From assembly GCA_963836235.1 (NCBI GenBank), contig CAWIIP010000002.1:1376001-1440000 (forward strand): a DNA stretch of 64,000 bases. Direction: 5' to 3'. Numbering within the stretch: position 1 is the stretch's first letter; each line of letters starts with the position of its first letter. Below the pieces are notes generated by a model that worked only from the letters and a program-made list of their open reading frames with translations, was not told where the DNA came from and searched no databases. The stretch is from an uncultured Pseudomonadota bacterium (GTDB lineage Bacteria; Oederibacteriota; Muellerivitia; Muellerivitales; Muellerivitaceae). The position numbers and the translations under genes are program-made. Positions 1-8,530 of the stretch are shown here, one piece after another.

Positions 1-577
1 AATAATACCCTTCGGCAAATTCTCGGAATAGCTTGGTAACTAACGGCCCCATTACCGGGTCTATCTCAATTATTTTCTTCCCGTTCGGTCCCATAACGTT
101 CCGGTACCCAAGCGGTGCATTGCTCGGCCAAAGTCCCTCGGAAGCCTTTTGATGCAGACCCTTTCGGGCTTCTTCGCTCAAATTCTCAATGTAATGCTTC
201 GCCATCACAACCTTGATTCCGTGGATCAACTTGTCGTTCGAACGTGAATCGGGAGAGATCAGGGTGTTTTCTTTTACCAAATGGATATCAAGGCCTAGTT
301 CGTCAAGCGTGACCCAATCCTTCAAGTTCCTATACAAACGATCTGTCTTCTCAACCAACAATGTTCGGCAAGATTGGTTTTCCCGTAAATAGGCCAGCAT
401 CTGTTCAAAGGAATATCGACCGGAACGCTTAGCTGTTTCTGTATCTTCAAATTCTCTAATGATCTTGAAATGTTTGCTTTTGGCGAATTCGCGGAGGAGT
501 TTGTATTGGGAGGGGATGCTGAAGCCTTCGTCTGCTTGCTCTTTGCTTGAAACACGAACGTACAAAACACAATCCAT
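1..577 (-). CDS. Large serine recombinase/integrase, N-terminal part; runs off the window and is missing from the ORF track
   Basis: Manual translation from ATG at 577 gives MDCVLYVRVSSKEQADEGFSIPSQ...LLVEKTDRLYRN...NLSEEARKGLHQKASEGLWPSNAPLGY. It has the catalytic YxRVS and DRLxR motifs, the long alphaE helix and the PLGY start of the recombinase domain. Open to base 1. Confidence 0.93.
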   Translation of the reverse strand, partial: MDCVLYVRVSSKEQADEGFSIPSQYKLLREFAKSKHFKIIREFEDTETAKRSGRYSFEQMLAYLRENQSCRTLLVEKTDRLYRNLKDWVTLDELGLDIHLVKENTLISPDSRSNDKLIHGIKVVMAKHYIENLSEEARKGLHQKASEGLWPSNAPLGYRNVMGPNGKKIIEIDPVMGPLVTKLFREFAEGYY

Positions 578-608
578 CGACAAACCGGTGGTCTTCTTAC
601 CTGAGTCC

Positions 609-644
609 GAAATTTTCCTAGTCAGTTACGCCGAGAAAAATATC
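609..644. mobile_element. Candidate att junction of a serine-integrase element
   Basis: Imperfect inverted repeat GAAATTTTCCT-N14-AGAAAAATATC centred on TT at 626-627. It lies exactly where the alkD-like reading frame breaks, about 30 bp upstream of the recombinase start. Confidence 0.5.
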
Positions 645-746
645 CTTTTCGGCGTTTTTGAAAAACCCTCGGTAAGTTTTAGCTTTCTTCGAATTGGCGT
701 GGCGGCGCAGAGCCTGGAGAGCCTTGGAATAAGAGGCCCTTCCCAA
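618..746 (-). pseudogene. Truncated N-terminus of a DNA alkylation repair (AlkD-like) protein
   Basis: TTG start gives MGRASYSKALQALRRHANSKKAKTYRGFFKNAEKDIFLGVTD*. This matches the AlkD-family start (L..A...KA....FFK....D.FLGV) and stops right after FLGV. Confidence 0.65.
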
Positions 747-754
747 TATCGCTG

Positions 755-1423
755 TCAGCGCTGGACCTTTATGTTGATCATGCCGTTCTTCAAGGAGCCG
801 TACAGCCTCACCCACATTCCCATGTACATCTCCTGCCCGCGGGCCGCGGAAATGTCGCCCAGGTCCAGGATGTCCGTCCACCCGAAGGATTTTAAGATTT
901 CTGTCACCTGCGCCTTGGCCCCAGCGTCGTTGCCGGACAGGAACAGGGTATGGTCGCCGCCATGGAGCATCTGGGGGTTGACCATGAGGGGTGCCGCCAG
1001 GGTGTTGAAGCATTTCACCACCTTGAGATTGGGAAAGGCCGCTTGGATGTTTCCCGCCACCGACCGGGCCTCGCTGGCCAGCGCGTGGGGTGCGCCCTTG
1101 CTGAAGTCCAGTTCGTTGGCCGTGTCGATGAGCACCTTGGGGCCCGCCTTGCCGGCTTCCGCCAACTGAAGGGCCTCCACCGAGGCTTGCCCGTGGGTGG
1201 CGTTGATGAGCAGTTCGCCCTGGGCCGCCGCTTCCTTAAAGGTAACGACCTTGGCCTTGCCTTTAACGGCTGCCAGCCATTCTTTCAGGCTGACCGCCAT
1301 GTTTTTTTTCTCTTCCAGCTTCTGGGGGTCGCGGGTGCCCAGGAAAACCTCGTGCCCCAGTTCCGCCAGCTTAGTTCCCAAAGTTTGCGCCACCACTCCC
1401 GACCCGATGATGCCGATTTTCAT
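755..1423 (-). CDS. NADPH-dependent F420 reductase-like / NADP oxidoreductase
   Basis: MKIGIIGSGVVAQ Rossmann fold, VLIDTAN and VVKCFNT motifs. AGGAGG RBS supports start at 1423. Confidence 0.88.
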   Translation of the reverse strand: MKIGIIGSGVVAQTLGTKLAELGHEVFLGTRDPQKLEEKKNMAVSLKEWLAAVKGKAKVVTFKEAAAQGELLINATHGQASVEALQLAEAGKAGPKVLIDTANELDFSKGAPHALASEARSVAGNIQAAFPNLKVVKCFNTLAAPLMVNPQMLHGGDHTLFLSGNDAGAKAQVTEILKSFGWTDILDLGDISAARGQEMYMGMWVRLYGSLKNGMINIKVQR

Positions 1424-1434
1424 GCCAACCCTCC

Positions 1435-1509
1435 TTAAATAAAAAGATATTGCGGAGGTTGGTATAGTGCCGATTTCCATAACTTATTCTTTATGGAGAA
1501 TCGGAACAT
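1435..1509 (-). CDS. Possible 24-aa leader/small peptide (MFRFSIKNKLWKSALYQPPQYLFI)
   Basis: AGGAGG RBS upstream of ATG; its TAA overlaps the RBS of the downstream gene. Confidence 0.3.
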   Translation of the reverse strand: MFRFSIKNKLWKSALYQPPQYLFI

Positions 1510-1734
1510 AACGCCTCCTAACATTTGTCGATGAATGACTCGGCAAGTCTACCCTCATCTCCTTATTAAAATCGAGCGGGACTCGATAAAGATTATGAGG
1601 GTTATGCAGTTTTCTCTTTTAAGGCCGAAGGCCCATTTTCATGGATAAACTGTATAGGGAGTGCTCTTTGGGAAATTCAAGACGCGGGTGAAATTAAATC
1701 CAGGGAAATCTTGGGCGGAAAAAGAAGCTTTGCT

Positions 1735-2073
1735 CTATTTGCCCCCAGGATTGAGGAAGGGGGTGAAGTCGATATCATACGCGTAGGGGTAATTTCGGGG
1801 CGGCAGTTCCGGTTCGGTGCTGAAAACATGGACATTACCCGTGGGGACGAATCCGATTTGCGCGCCCTTGGCCCGAACCATATCGATGGCGTCATCGGGG
1901 GAAGAAGCCCAGACTTTCATCGCCATGAAAGCCCGTCCGGGACGGCAGGTATAGCCTTGGGCCAGTTCCCCCGCGACCCCCTCAACGATGGCCGAGAAAT
2001 GGCGGTAAGGGGTCTTGAGCCTTCCCCTGCGCAGCTCGACTTTCCAATCCGGATTTTTGGGATGCTTTTTCAA
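1735..2073 (-). CDS. Hypothetical protein (112 aa)
   Basis: ORF co-oriented with neighbours with protein-like composition; no family recognised. Confidence 0.6.
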   Translation of the reverse strand: MKKHPKNPDWKVELRRGRLKTPYRHFSAIVEGVAGELAQGYTCRPGRAFMAMKVWASSPDDAIDMVRAKGAQIGFVPTGNVHVFSTEPELPPRNYPYAYDIDFTPFLNPGGK

Positions 2074-2192
2074 TTTGCCCCTTTACTCCAACCCCCTTAT
2101 TTTCGGTGGAATCCGATGGGATTCCAAGTTGGAAATGGCGTTAAGCTTTTTTTCCTTTGTTTCCCCGGCGAGGCCCCTTACGGCTTTAAGGA

Positions 2193-3068
2193 TCATCCTT
2201 TAAGAACTTGGAGAACGGTCTTTTTCAAGGCCTCCGCCGCGCTGGAGAGCGGGGCTTTTTTGCGCCAAGCCAGGGACAGGGTCCGGGCCGCTTTGGGGTG
2301 GGATATCCCCGCGTAGGCCACGCCGGGAAACTTCGCCACCATTTGTGGCACAAGGCTGATCCCCAACCCCGCCGACACTAAGGCTTGCACAGTCTCGATA
2401 CCCCCGCTCTCGAAGACCACCTTCGGTTCCAAGCCCGCCTTCCGGTAAAAATCCAGCGTGATCTGGCGGAAACCATGGCCCGCTTTCATCAAAATGAAGG
2501 GTTCTCCCGCCACTTGTCTGAGGGTCAAAGACCCTTTCCCGGCCAAGGGGTGCTTGGCGGGTAGGGCCAGAAGCAGTTCCTCGGTCAAGATGGTTTGGTG
2601 GGCAAGCCTGGGGGTTAAGCCCGCCTCGTCCATGATGGCCAGTTCCACCTCACCCTGTTCCAGGTCCTTGGCCAGGTCAGGTGAGGATTCTTCCTTCAAT
2701 TGAACCTGGATTTTAGGGTAGGCCTTTCGAAAGGCTGTCAGGATGGGTGGAAGTAAATGGGCGCCGGTAGTCGGCATGCATCCCAGGCTGACCTTGCCCA
2801 TCGACAAGCCCGACAAGGCCTTCGCGTCCTCCCGGGCCGATTCCATCTGCTCCAGGATGGCCTTGGCCCGGGGCAAAAAGGTTTCGCCTCTCGCCGTCAG
2901 CCTGCCGCCTTTGCGGGTGCGTTCGAAAAGCGGCCCGCCCAGTTCGTCCTCCAGTTTGGCGATCTGGATGCTGAGGGAAGGCTGGGACACGTTGCAGGCC
3001 TTGGCGGCCTGGGTGAACCGGCCCGCCTGCGCCACGGCCAGGAAATAGTGAAGCTGATGTGTTTCCAT
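2193..3068 (-). CDS. LysR-family transcriptional regulator
   Basis: N-terminal HTH (FTQAAKACNVSQPSLSIQIAKLEDELGGPLFER) plus substrate-binding domain; divergent from leuCD. Confidence 0.95.
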   Translation of the reverse strand: METHQLHYFLAVAQAGRFTQAAKACNVSQPSLSIQIAKLEDELGGPLFERTRKGGRLTARGETFLPRAKAILEQMESAREDAKALSGLSMGKVSLGCMPTTGAHLLPPILTAFRKAYPKIQVQLKEESSPDLAKDLEQGEVELAIMDEAGLTPRLAHQTILTEELLLALPAKHPLAGKGSLTLRQVAGEPFILMKAGHGFRQITLDFYRKAGLEPKVVFESGGIETVQALVSAGLGISLVPQMVAKFPGVAYAGISHPKAARTLSLAWRKKAPLSSAAEALKKTVLQVLKG

Positions 3069-3081
3069 AGTTATTAACTAT
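3067..3081. promoter_or_regulatory. LysR-type binding box (ATAG-N7-CTAT, T-N11-A)
   Basis: ATAGTTATTAACTAT at the start of the LysR gene, in the divergent promoter region. Confidence 0.6.
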
Positions 3082-3163
3082 TTATATCATAGTAACTATA
3101 TCTTTTACAAATAATAGAATCCGGTCTATCTTTGCGGTATTACTCCAAGCAAGCGAGGTTGAT

Positions 3164-4570
3164 ATGGCAACAGGAACACTCTACAACAAAGTCTGGGACG
3201 CCCACGTGGTGGAAAAACTTCCCACGGGTCAGTACCAGCTTTTCATCGGTCTGCACCTCATCCACGAGGTCACCAGCCCCCAGGCTTTCGACATGATCGC
3301 CGAGAAGGGCCTGAAGGTGGCCTATCCGGAACGCACCTTCGCCACGGTGGATCATATTGTTCCCACCAAGAGCCAAGCCCGGCCCTTCGTCGATGCCGAA
3401 GCCGAGCAGATGATGGGAGCTATCGAGAAGAACGTGAAGAAATTCGGCGTTCCTTTTTTTGATTTCAACTCCGGGAACCAGGGCATCGTGCATATCATCG
3501 GCCCGGAGATGGGACTCACCCAACCGGGGATGACCATCGCCTGCGGGGATTCCCACACCTCCACCCACGGTGCCTTCGGCACGCTGGCCTTCGGTATCGG
3601 AACGACCCAGGTCAGGGACGTTCTCGCCACCCAATGCCTGGCCATGGACGCCCTCAAGGTGCGCCGGGTGAACGTGAACGGCAAGCTAAAGCCCGGCGTC
3701 ACCGCCAAGGATGTGACCCTCTATATCATCCAGAAGTTGGGAGTGAAGGGCGGCATCGGCTACGCCTACGAGTACGGCGGGGAGGTTTTCGACGCCATGA
3801 CCATGGAAGAGCGAATGACAGTTTGCAACATGGCCATCGAGGGCGGCGCTCGGGTGGGTTACGTCAATCCGGACCAAACGACTTTTGATTACTTGAAGGG
3901 CCGCAAGTACGCGCCCGCCGCCGACAAGTGGGATAAGGCGGTGGCCTATTGGAAGTCCGTGGCCTCGGACAAGGATGCGGTGTTCGACGACGTCGTCAAT
4001 TTTAACGTCGACGATATCGAACCCATCGTCACCTGGGGCATCACGCCCGACCAGTCCGTGGGCGTGAACGACAAACTGCCCGAAGTCGGCAGATTCTCCG
4101 CTGACGAAGTGAAGACCGTGGAGTTGGCCTACAAACACATGGACTTGAAGCCAGGGTCGCCCATCAAGGGCACACCCATCAATGTGGCCTTCATCGGAAG
4201 CTGCACCAACGGCCGCATCTCGGACCTTCGGGAAGCGGCGAAAGTCGCCAAGGGCCGCAAGGTTTCGAAGACCGTGCGGGCCTTCGTGGTGCCCGGCTCC
4301 CAGCAAGTGAAGGCCCAGGCGGAGAAGGAAGGGCTGGATAAGATATTCACCGAGGCCGGCTTCGAGTGGCGGGCCGCTGGCTGTTCGATGTGCCTGGCCA
4401 TGAACCCGGACAAATTGCAGGGAAAGGAAATTTCCGCTTCCTCGTCCAACCGCAATTTCATCGGACGCCAGGGGAGCAAGGATGGGCGCACCATGCTGAT
4501 GAGCCCCGCCATGGTGGTGGCCGCCGCCGTTACCGGTGCCGTCACGGATGTCCGGGAAATGATGAAGTAA
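3164..4570 (+). CDS. leuC: 3-isopropylmalate dehydratase large subunit
   Basis: [37 protein letters not shown] and SNRNF motifs. Confidence 0.95.
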   Translation: MATGTLYNKVWDAHVVEKLPTGQYQLFIGLHLIHEVTSPQAFDMIAEKGLKVAYPERTFATVDHIVPTKSQARPFVDAEAEQMMGAIEKNVKKFGVPFFDFNSGNQGIVHIIGPEMGLTQPGMTIACGDSHTSTHGAFGTLAFGIGTTQVRDVLATQCLAMDALKVRRVNVNGKLKPGVTAKDVTLYIIQKLGVKGGIGYAYEYGGEVFDAMTMEERMTVCNMAIEGGARVGYVNPDQTTFDYLKGRKYAPAADKWDKAVAYWKSVASDKDAVFDDVVNFNVDDIEPIVTWGITPDQSVGVNDKLPEVGRFSADEVKTVELAYKHMDLKPGSPIKGTPINVAFIGSCTNGRISDLREAAKVAKGRKVSKTVRAFVVPGSQQVKAQAEKEGLDKIFTEAGFEWRAAGCSMCLAMNPDKLQGKEISASSSNRNFIGRQGSKDGRTMLMSPAMVVAAAVTGAVTDVREMMK

Positions 4571-4577
4571 AAGCTTG

Positions 4578-4692
4578 GCCGCGAATCAACGCAAATTGTC
4601 GCTGTTATAAAAAGGGCCGGGGGGGAAATCATTGTTTCAAACCATAGACGTATTTGTTTTTTAATCAGCGAAAATTCGTGCAAATTTGCGGC
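4578..4692. repeat. REP-like imperfect inverted repeat between leuC and leuD
   Basis: GCCGCGAAT..AAATT..CGCTG pairs with CAGCG..AATT..ATTTGCGGC. Confidence 0.55.
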
Positions 4693-4702
4693 TCAGGAGG
4701 TT

Positions 4703-5308
4703 GTGATGAGCAAGATCAATCAAGTAGAGGGCAAAGCCATACCCGTCGAGGGCAATGACATCGACACGGACCGGATCATCCCGGCCCGCTATCTGAAGGA
4801 AATCACCTTCACCAATATGGGTAAGTACCCCTTCTATGACGAGCGTTTCGACGCCGAAGGCAAACCCACGGGCCATCCCTTCGACCTGCCCCAGTTCGCG
4901 GGCGCCCATATCCTTTTCGTGAACCAAAACTTTGGCTGTGGTTCCTCGAGGGAACATGCCCCCCAATCCCTGATGCGCTGGGGCATCCTGGCCATCATCG
5001 GGGAATCCTTCGCGGAGATCTTCGCGGGCAACTGCACCATGCTGGGCATCCCCACCGCCACCGTCAGCCAGGGGGAAATGCAAAAACTACAGGCCCTGGT
5101 GAAGGCCAAACCCGAAACCAAGTTCACTTTGGATTTGGACAAAAAGGTTTTACTCAGCGAGGGCAAGGAACATCTGAAGTTTGATATCCACGAGAGCAAG
5201 CGTAATGCGCTCGTCAACGGGACCTGGGACTCGACCTCGATTCTCTTGGGCAACGCTGCCAAAACCGCAGAGGTGGCGAAGAAACTACCTTACGTCGCAG
5301 GCTTTTAA
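4703..5308 (+). CDS. leuD: 3-isopropylmalate dehydratase small subunit
   Basis: DIDTDRIIP and NFGCGSSREHAP motifs. Confidence 0.95.
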   Translation: MMSKINQVEGKAIPVEGNDIDTDRIIPARYLKEITFTNMGKYPFYDERFDAEGKPTGHPFDLPQFAGAHILFVNQNFGCGSSREHAPQSLMRWGILAIIGESFAEIFAGNCTMLGIPTATVSQGEMQKLQALVKAKPETKFTLDLDKKVLLSEGKEHLKFDIHESKRNALVNGTWDSTSILLGNAAKTAEVAKKLPYVAGF

Positions 5309-5329
5309 GCCCTAAACAGGAGGGGAGTC

Positions 5330-5899
5330 ATGAATCTCTTTACGGAAACCTGTGTTGTTATTTTCATCTCTTTCAGCGCCTATATGTTTTGGGCGGCCTT
5401 AGGGGTGAAAAAGGCAGTGAAGCGCCAATCCCGCTCGGGCCGGGCCGTCCATGTGGCCATGCTCGTGACTTCCTTTTTCGCGGCCTTCGCTCCTTTTAAT
5501 TCATGGGGCTTCCTGGGTTTTCCCTTACTCCCGGAATCTCTTTTTTCCGGTTTCCTGGGTGTTGCGGTTTGCGCGATAGGAATGGCTTTCTGCTTTTGGG
5601 CCCGCCGGACTCTGGGAAGCAATTGGAGCGGTACGGTAACCTTGAAGAAAGACCACGAACTCATCCAAAAGGGCCCCTATGGATTGTCGCGACACCCCAT
5701 GTACACCGGTATCCTCACCGGCCTTCTGGGCGCAGCTATCACAGTCGGCCAATTGGGAAACTTTTTGGGCGTGGCGCTTTTAACCTTCGCGATGATCCGA
5801 AAGATGGGGATGGAGGAAAGCTATCAGCTGTCTCATTTCGGTGGCGGCTACGAGGTTTATTCCCGGAAGATCAAACGGCTCATCCCTTACATTTATTGA
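5330..5899 (+). CDS. Isoprenylcysteine carboxyl methyltransferase (ICMT/PEMT) family membrane protein
   Basis: LG.NWS, HELIQKGPY..SRHPMY and EE..L..FG..Y motifs; several TM helices. Confidence 0.9.
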   Translation: MNLFTETCVVIFISFSAYMFWAALGVKKAVKRQSRSGRAVHVAMLVTSFFAAFAPFNSWGFLGFPLLPESLFSGFLGVAVCAIGMAFCFWARRTLGSNWSGTVTLKKDHELIQKGPYGLSRHPMYTGILTGLLGAAITVGQLGNFLGVALLTFAMIRKMGMEESYQLSHFGGGYEVYSRKIKRLIPYIY

Positions 5900-6885
5900 G
5901 CCGGTTTCATAATCCGCAAGACCGGCCCCTTGTTGACCTTCAGGAGCGGAAAATAAACGAAATGGGTAGAGGGATCCACCTCGACCGTGTGGGCGTTTCG
6001 GCCCACGGGAAAGTCGCCGATCTTTTCGACCTTTCGGTTACGCACTTGGAATAGGGAAACCACGCCTGATTCGGACGCAACGTAAAGGTATCCCAGTTGG
6101 GGGTCAAAGGTTAGCACATCCGGGTCTTTGCCCACGTCCGACACCCCGACTTCCTGGAAATTATTCAAATCCATGGCTATTAGTTTCGCGTCCCCGGCGC
6201 ATCCTATAAAAGCCAGGTGGGAATTGGAATCCACATAAAGTCCATGGGGATGCTTGCCGGCGCGAAGGGGATAGCGGTTCACGACCTTACGAAAACGGGG
6301 GTCCACCGCGATGAGTTCGTTCTTGGTCTGCCCGTTCACTAAAACCAGGTGGCTGTTGGAGTCGTAACAAACATTACCCACTTCCCCGCCCATGGGCAGG
6401 GAAGCGACCCGGTTATTCTTCACCACATTGATGACCGTGACTTCGCCTCCCATTTCATCCGAAACATAAAGCTCATGGGTGTCAGGCACATAGGCCATGC
6501 CGTCGGGGAAATGGCCGGCGGGAATCCGGGCCAGTTCGCGCAGGCGCTGGGTATCGATCACCGCCACTTGGTGAAGGCGGGTGACGCTGGCGTAAAGATG
6601 GTGCAGTTCGGAAACATAAAGGAGCCCCGTCACACCCGGATAGCCCGCCAATGTGGCTTCCACCTTTCCGCTTTTCGTGTTGTAGACGATGATTTGTCCC
6701 GCCCCCATATGGGCGATGAAGAGCGTACCGGTATCAGGGTCAAAGGCCTGGTAGTCGAACCGGGAAGTGCCGCCGGTCAGGGGGACGTCCTCTTGGAGCT
6801 CGAGGAAAGACGGGGGATCAGCCAAGAGGGGGCAAAAACAAAAAAGACCCGCCAGAAAAAAGCTCAGACTTTTAAAGTGGGACAT
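5893..6885 (-). CDS. YncE/YVTN-family beta-propeller protein with signal peptide
   Basis: Repeated propeller blades (GHFPDGMAY, GKHPHGLYVD, GKDPDVLTFD). Signal peptide begins at MSHFKS (6885). Confidence 0.85.
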   Translation of the reverse strand: MSHFKSLSFFLAGLFCFCPLLADPPSFLELQEDVPLTGGTSRFDYQAFDPDTGTLFIAHMGAGQIIVYNTKSGKVEATLAGYPGVTGLLYVSELHHLYASVTRLHQVAVIDTQRLRELARIPAGHFPDGMAYVPDTHELYVSDEMGGEVTVINVVKNNRVASLPMGGEVGNVCYDSNSHLVLVNGQTKNELIAVDPRFRKVVNRYPLRAGKHPHGLYVDSNSHLAFIGCAGDAKLIAMDLNNFQEVGVSDVGKDPDVLTFDPQLGYLYVASESGVVSLFQVRNRKVEKIGDFPVGRNAHTVEVDPSTHFVYFPLLKVNKGPVLRIMKPAQ

Positions 6886-6926
6886 AGTGACGGTTATTTT
6901 ACCAAGCGGAGCTGACAAGGGACCTA

Positions 6927-7409
6927 CTAATCTTGGCTGTCGATAAGGCGGGTGATAATTTTCCACTCCGCCTCGGTGACGGGCTGCACCGACAGACGGG
7001 AATACTTGAATAAAGCCATGTTCTTGAGACCCGGGACCTTTTTAAGGAAATCCAGGGAGAGGATCTGTTTACAGGCTTTCACGTATTTCACGTCCACCAT
7101 GTACCAGGAGGGCTTTTTCGGGTCGCTCTTGGGGTCGTAATGGATGTCCTTGGAATCGAAGGCCGTGTGGTCCGGATAGCCTTCTTTCACGATTTCCCCC
7201 ACCCCCGCGATGCCGCTAGGCTTGCCCCCGGAATAGTAGAAGAACATGCCGTCGCCCTTCTTCATCTTGTCCCGCATAAAATTGCGGGCGGTGTAGTTGC
7301 GCACCCCGTCCCAGAAGGTGACCTTGTCCTTCTTCCATTGCTCCACCGGATAGACATCCGGCTCGGCCTTCATCAGCCAATGCCTGTATTCTTTATCCCA
7401 TACACCCAT
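6927..7409 (-). CDS. EVE domain protein
   Basis: WLMKAEP, WDGVRNY.ARN, YDPKS and RLSVQPV motifs. Confidence 0.93.
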   Translation of the reverse strand: MGVWDKEYRHWLMKAEPDVYPVEQWKKDKVTFWDGVRNYTARNFMRDKMKKGDGMFFYYSGGKPSGIAGVGEIVKEGYPDHTAFDSKDIHYDPKSDPKKPSWYMVDVKYVKACKQILSLDFLKKVPGLKNMALFKYSRLSVQPVTEAEWKIITRLIDSQD

Positions 7410-7440
7410 TTTTCACCGCCTCAAAACGCTGTTTCGCCGG

Positions 7441-7755
7441 TCAGCTTTCGATCTTTTCCGTCTGCCGCCACCGCTCGAAGCCGCCGATGACGCTGTAGAC
7501 TTCCCGGAAACCCTGATCCAGCAGGTAGGCCGCCGCGCCCTGGCTGGTGTGCCCGTGGTAGCAATAAACCACAATAGGTTTGGCCTTGTCGGTCTTGGTG
7601 ACGAACTCTTCAATATTGGCGTCGTTTAAAGGAAGAGCTCCCGGCACATGGGCGGCCTCGTAGGAAGCGGGGTCCCGCACATCTACGAAAAAGGCCTTAC
7701 CTTCTTCCAGCATTTTGCTGGCTTCTTCCACCGCTATTTCCTTGAATTCATCCAT
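7441..7755 (-). CDS. glpE: Rhodanese / thiosulfate sulfurtransferase GlpE-like
   Basis: VDVRD, HVPGA, active site CYHGHTS, GGFERW. Confidence 0.85.
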   Translation of the reverse strand: MDEFKEIAVEEASKMLEEGKAFFVDVRDPASYEAAHVPGALPLNDANIEEFVTKTDKAKPIVVYCYHGHTSQGAAAYLLDQGFREVYSVIGGFERWRQTEKIES

Positions 7756-8530
7756 TTTTCGAGGGCCTCCAAAGCTTTCCTAGCTTAACGTATTTCACGG
7801 CTTCATGATAAGAGGAAAGTCCGCAGACTTGCAGTCCCCGCCAACCGTCCAGGATTCCCAAGCGCAGAAGGTACATCTTGATGAAGGTCCAGCCGGGCAT
7901 GAAGGCCAGATAGGCCCACCAGAGTTTCTTTTTCTTTTCGGAAGCGTTGAGGAGGAAAAGATCCGAGTAGCGCTCCATTTTTTCCAGGTACTGGGCGATG
8001 GAATCATAGGTGTAATGGTTCATCGGTTCATCCAGTTCGAGCGTGAGACCCTTCACTTCCAAGCCTTCATGCACCGGCCGGTTCGTGAACTTCCCTCTTC
8101 CCCGGCGAATCAACCGCAACTGGGCGTCCGGCCACCAGCCGCAATGCCTGATCCATTGGCCAAGGAAATAAGCCCGCCGCTTGATGAAATAGCCGTCCAT
8201 CTCTTTCGGGGTTTTACCGATTTTTTCCTCGATCTCCCGACAAAGTTCGGAGGTTAATTCCTCGTCCGCGTCGAGGGACAAAATCCAATCGCCCTTCACT
8301 TTGCCGAAAGCCCAATTTTTCTGATCCGAATATCCTTTCCAGAATCGAATAAGAACTTTCGCACCCAACTTACGGGCCAAGCTTACGGTTTTATCCTTGC
8401 TCCGGGCATCCACGACGAGGACTTCGAACTTTCCGAAAGCCTTGGAGGAGAATCGAAGACTTTTCAGGCATCGCTCAATATTGCGTTCCTCGTTCAATGT
8501 GATGATGACGACCGAGAGTTTAATCGGCAT
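7748..8530 (-). CDS. Glycosyltransferase family 2 (WaaE/KdtX-like LPS glucosyltransferase)
   Basis: IITLNEERNI, WILSLDADE, VHE and HYTY motifs. Confidence 0.9.
   Translation of the reverse strand: MPIKLSVVIITLNEERNIERCLKSLRFSSKAFGKFEVLVVDARSKDKTVSLARKLGAKVLIRFWKGYSDQKNWAFGKVKGDWILSLDADEELTSELCREIEEKIGKTPKEMDGYFIKRRAYFLGQWIRHCGWWPDAQLRLIRRGRGKFTNRPVHEGLEVKGLTLELDEPMNHYTYDSIAQYLEKMERYSDLFLLNASEKKKKLWWAYLAFMPGWTFIKMYLLRLGILDGWRGLQVCGLSSYHEAVKYVKLGKLWRPSKNG

Noticed and set aside
322-570. 82-aa minus-strand ORF in the track
   Set aside because: It is an alternative frame inside the serine recombinase gene, which starts at 577 and runs off the window.
618-1013. 131-aa ORF as a real gene
   Set aside because: Most of it is an off-frame overlap with the oxidoreductase; only the last 42 codons look genuine (alkD-like remnant).
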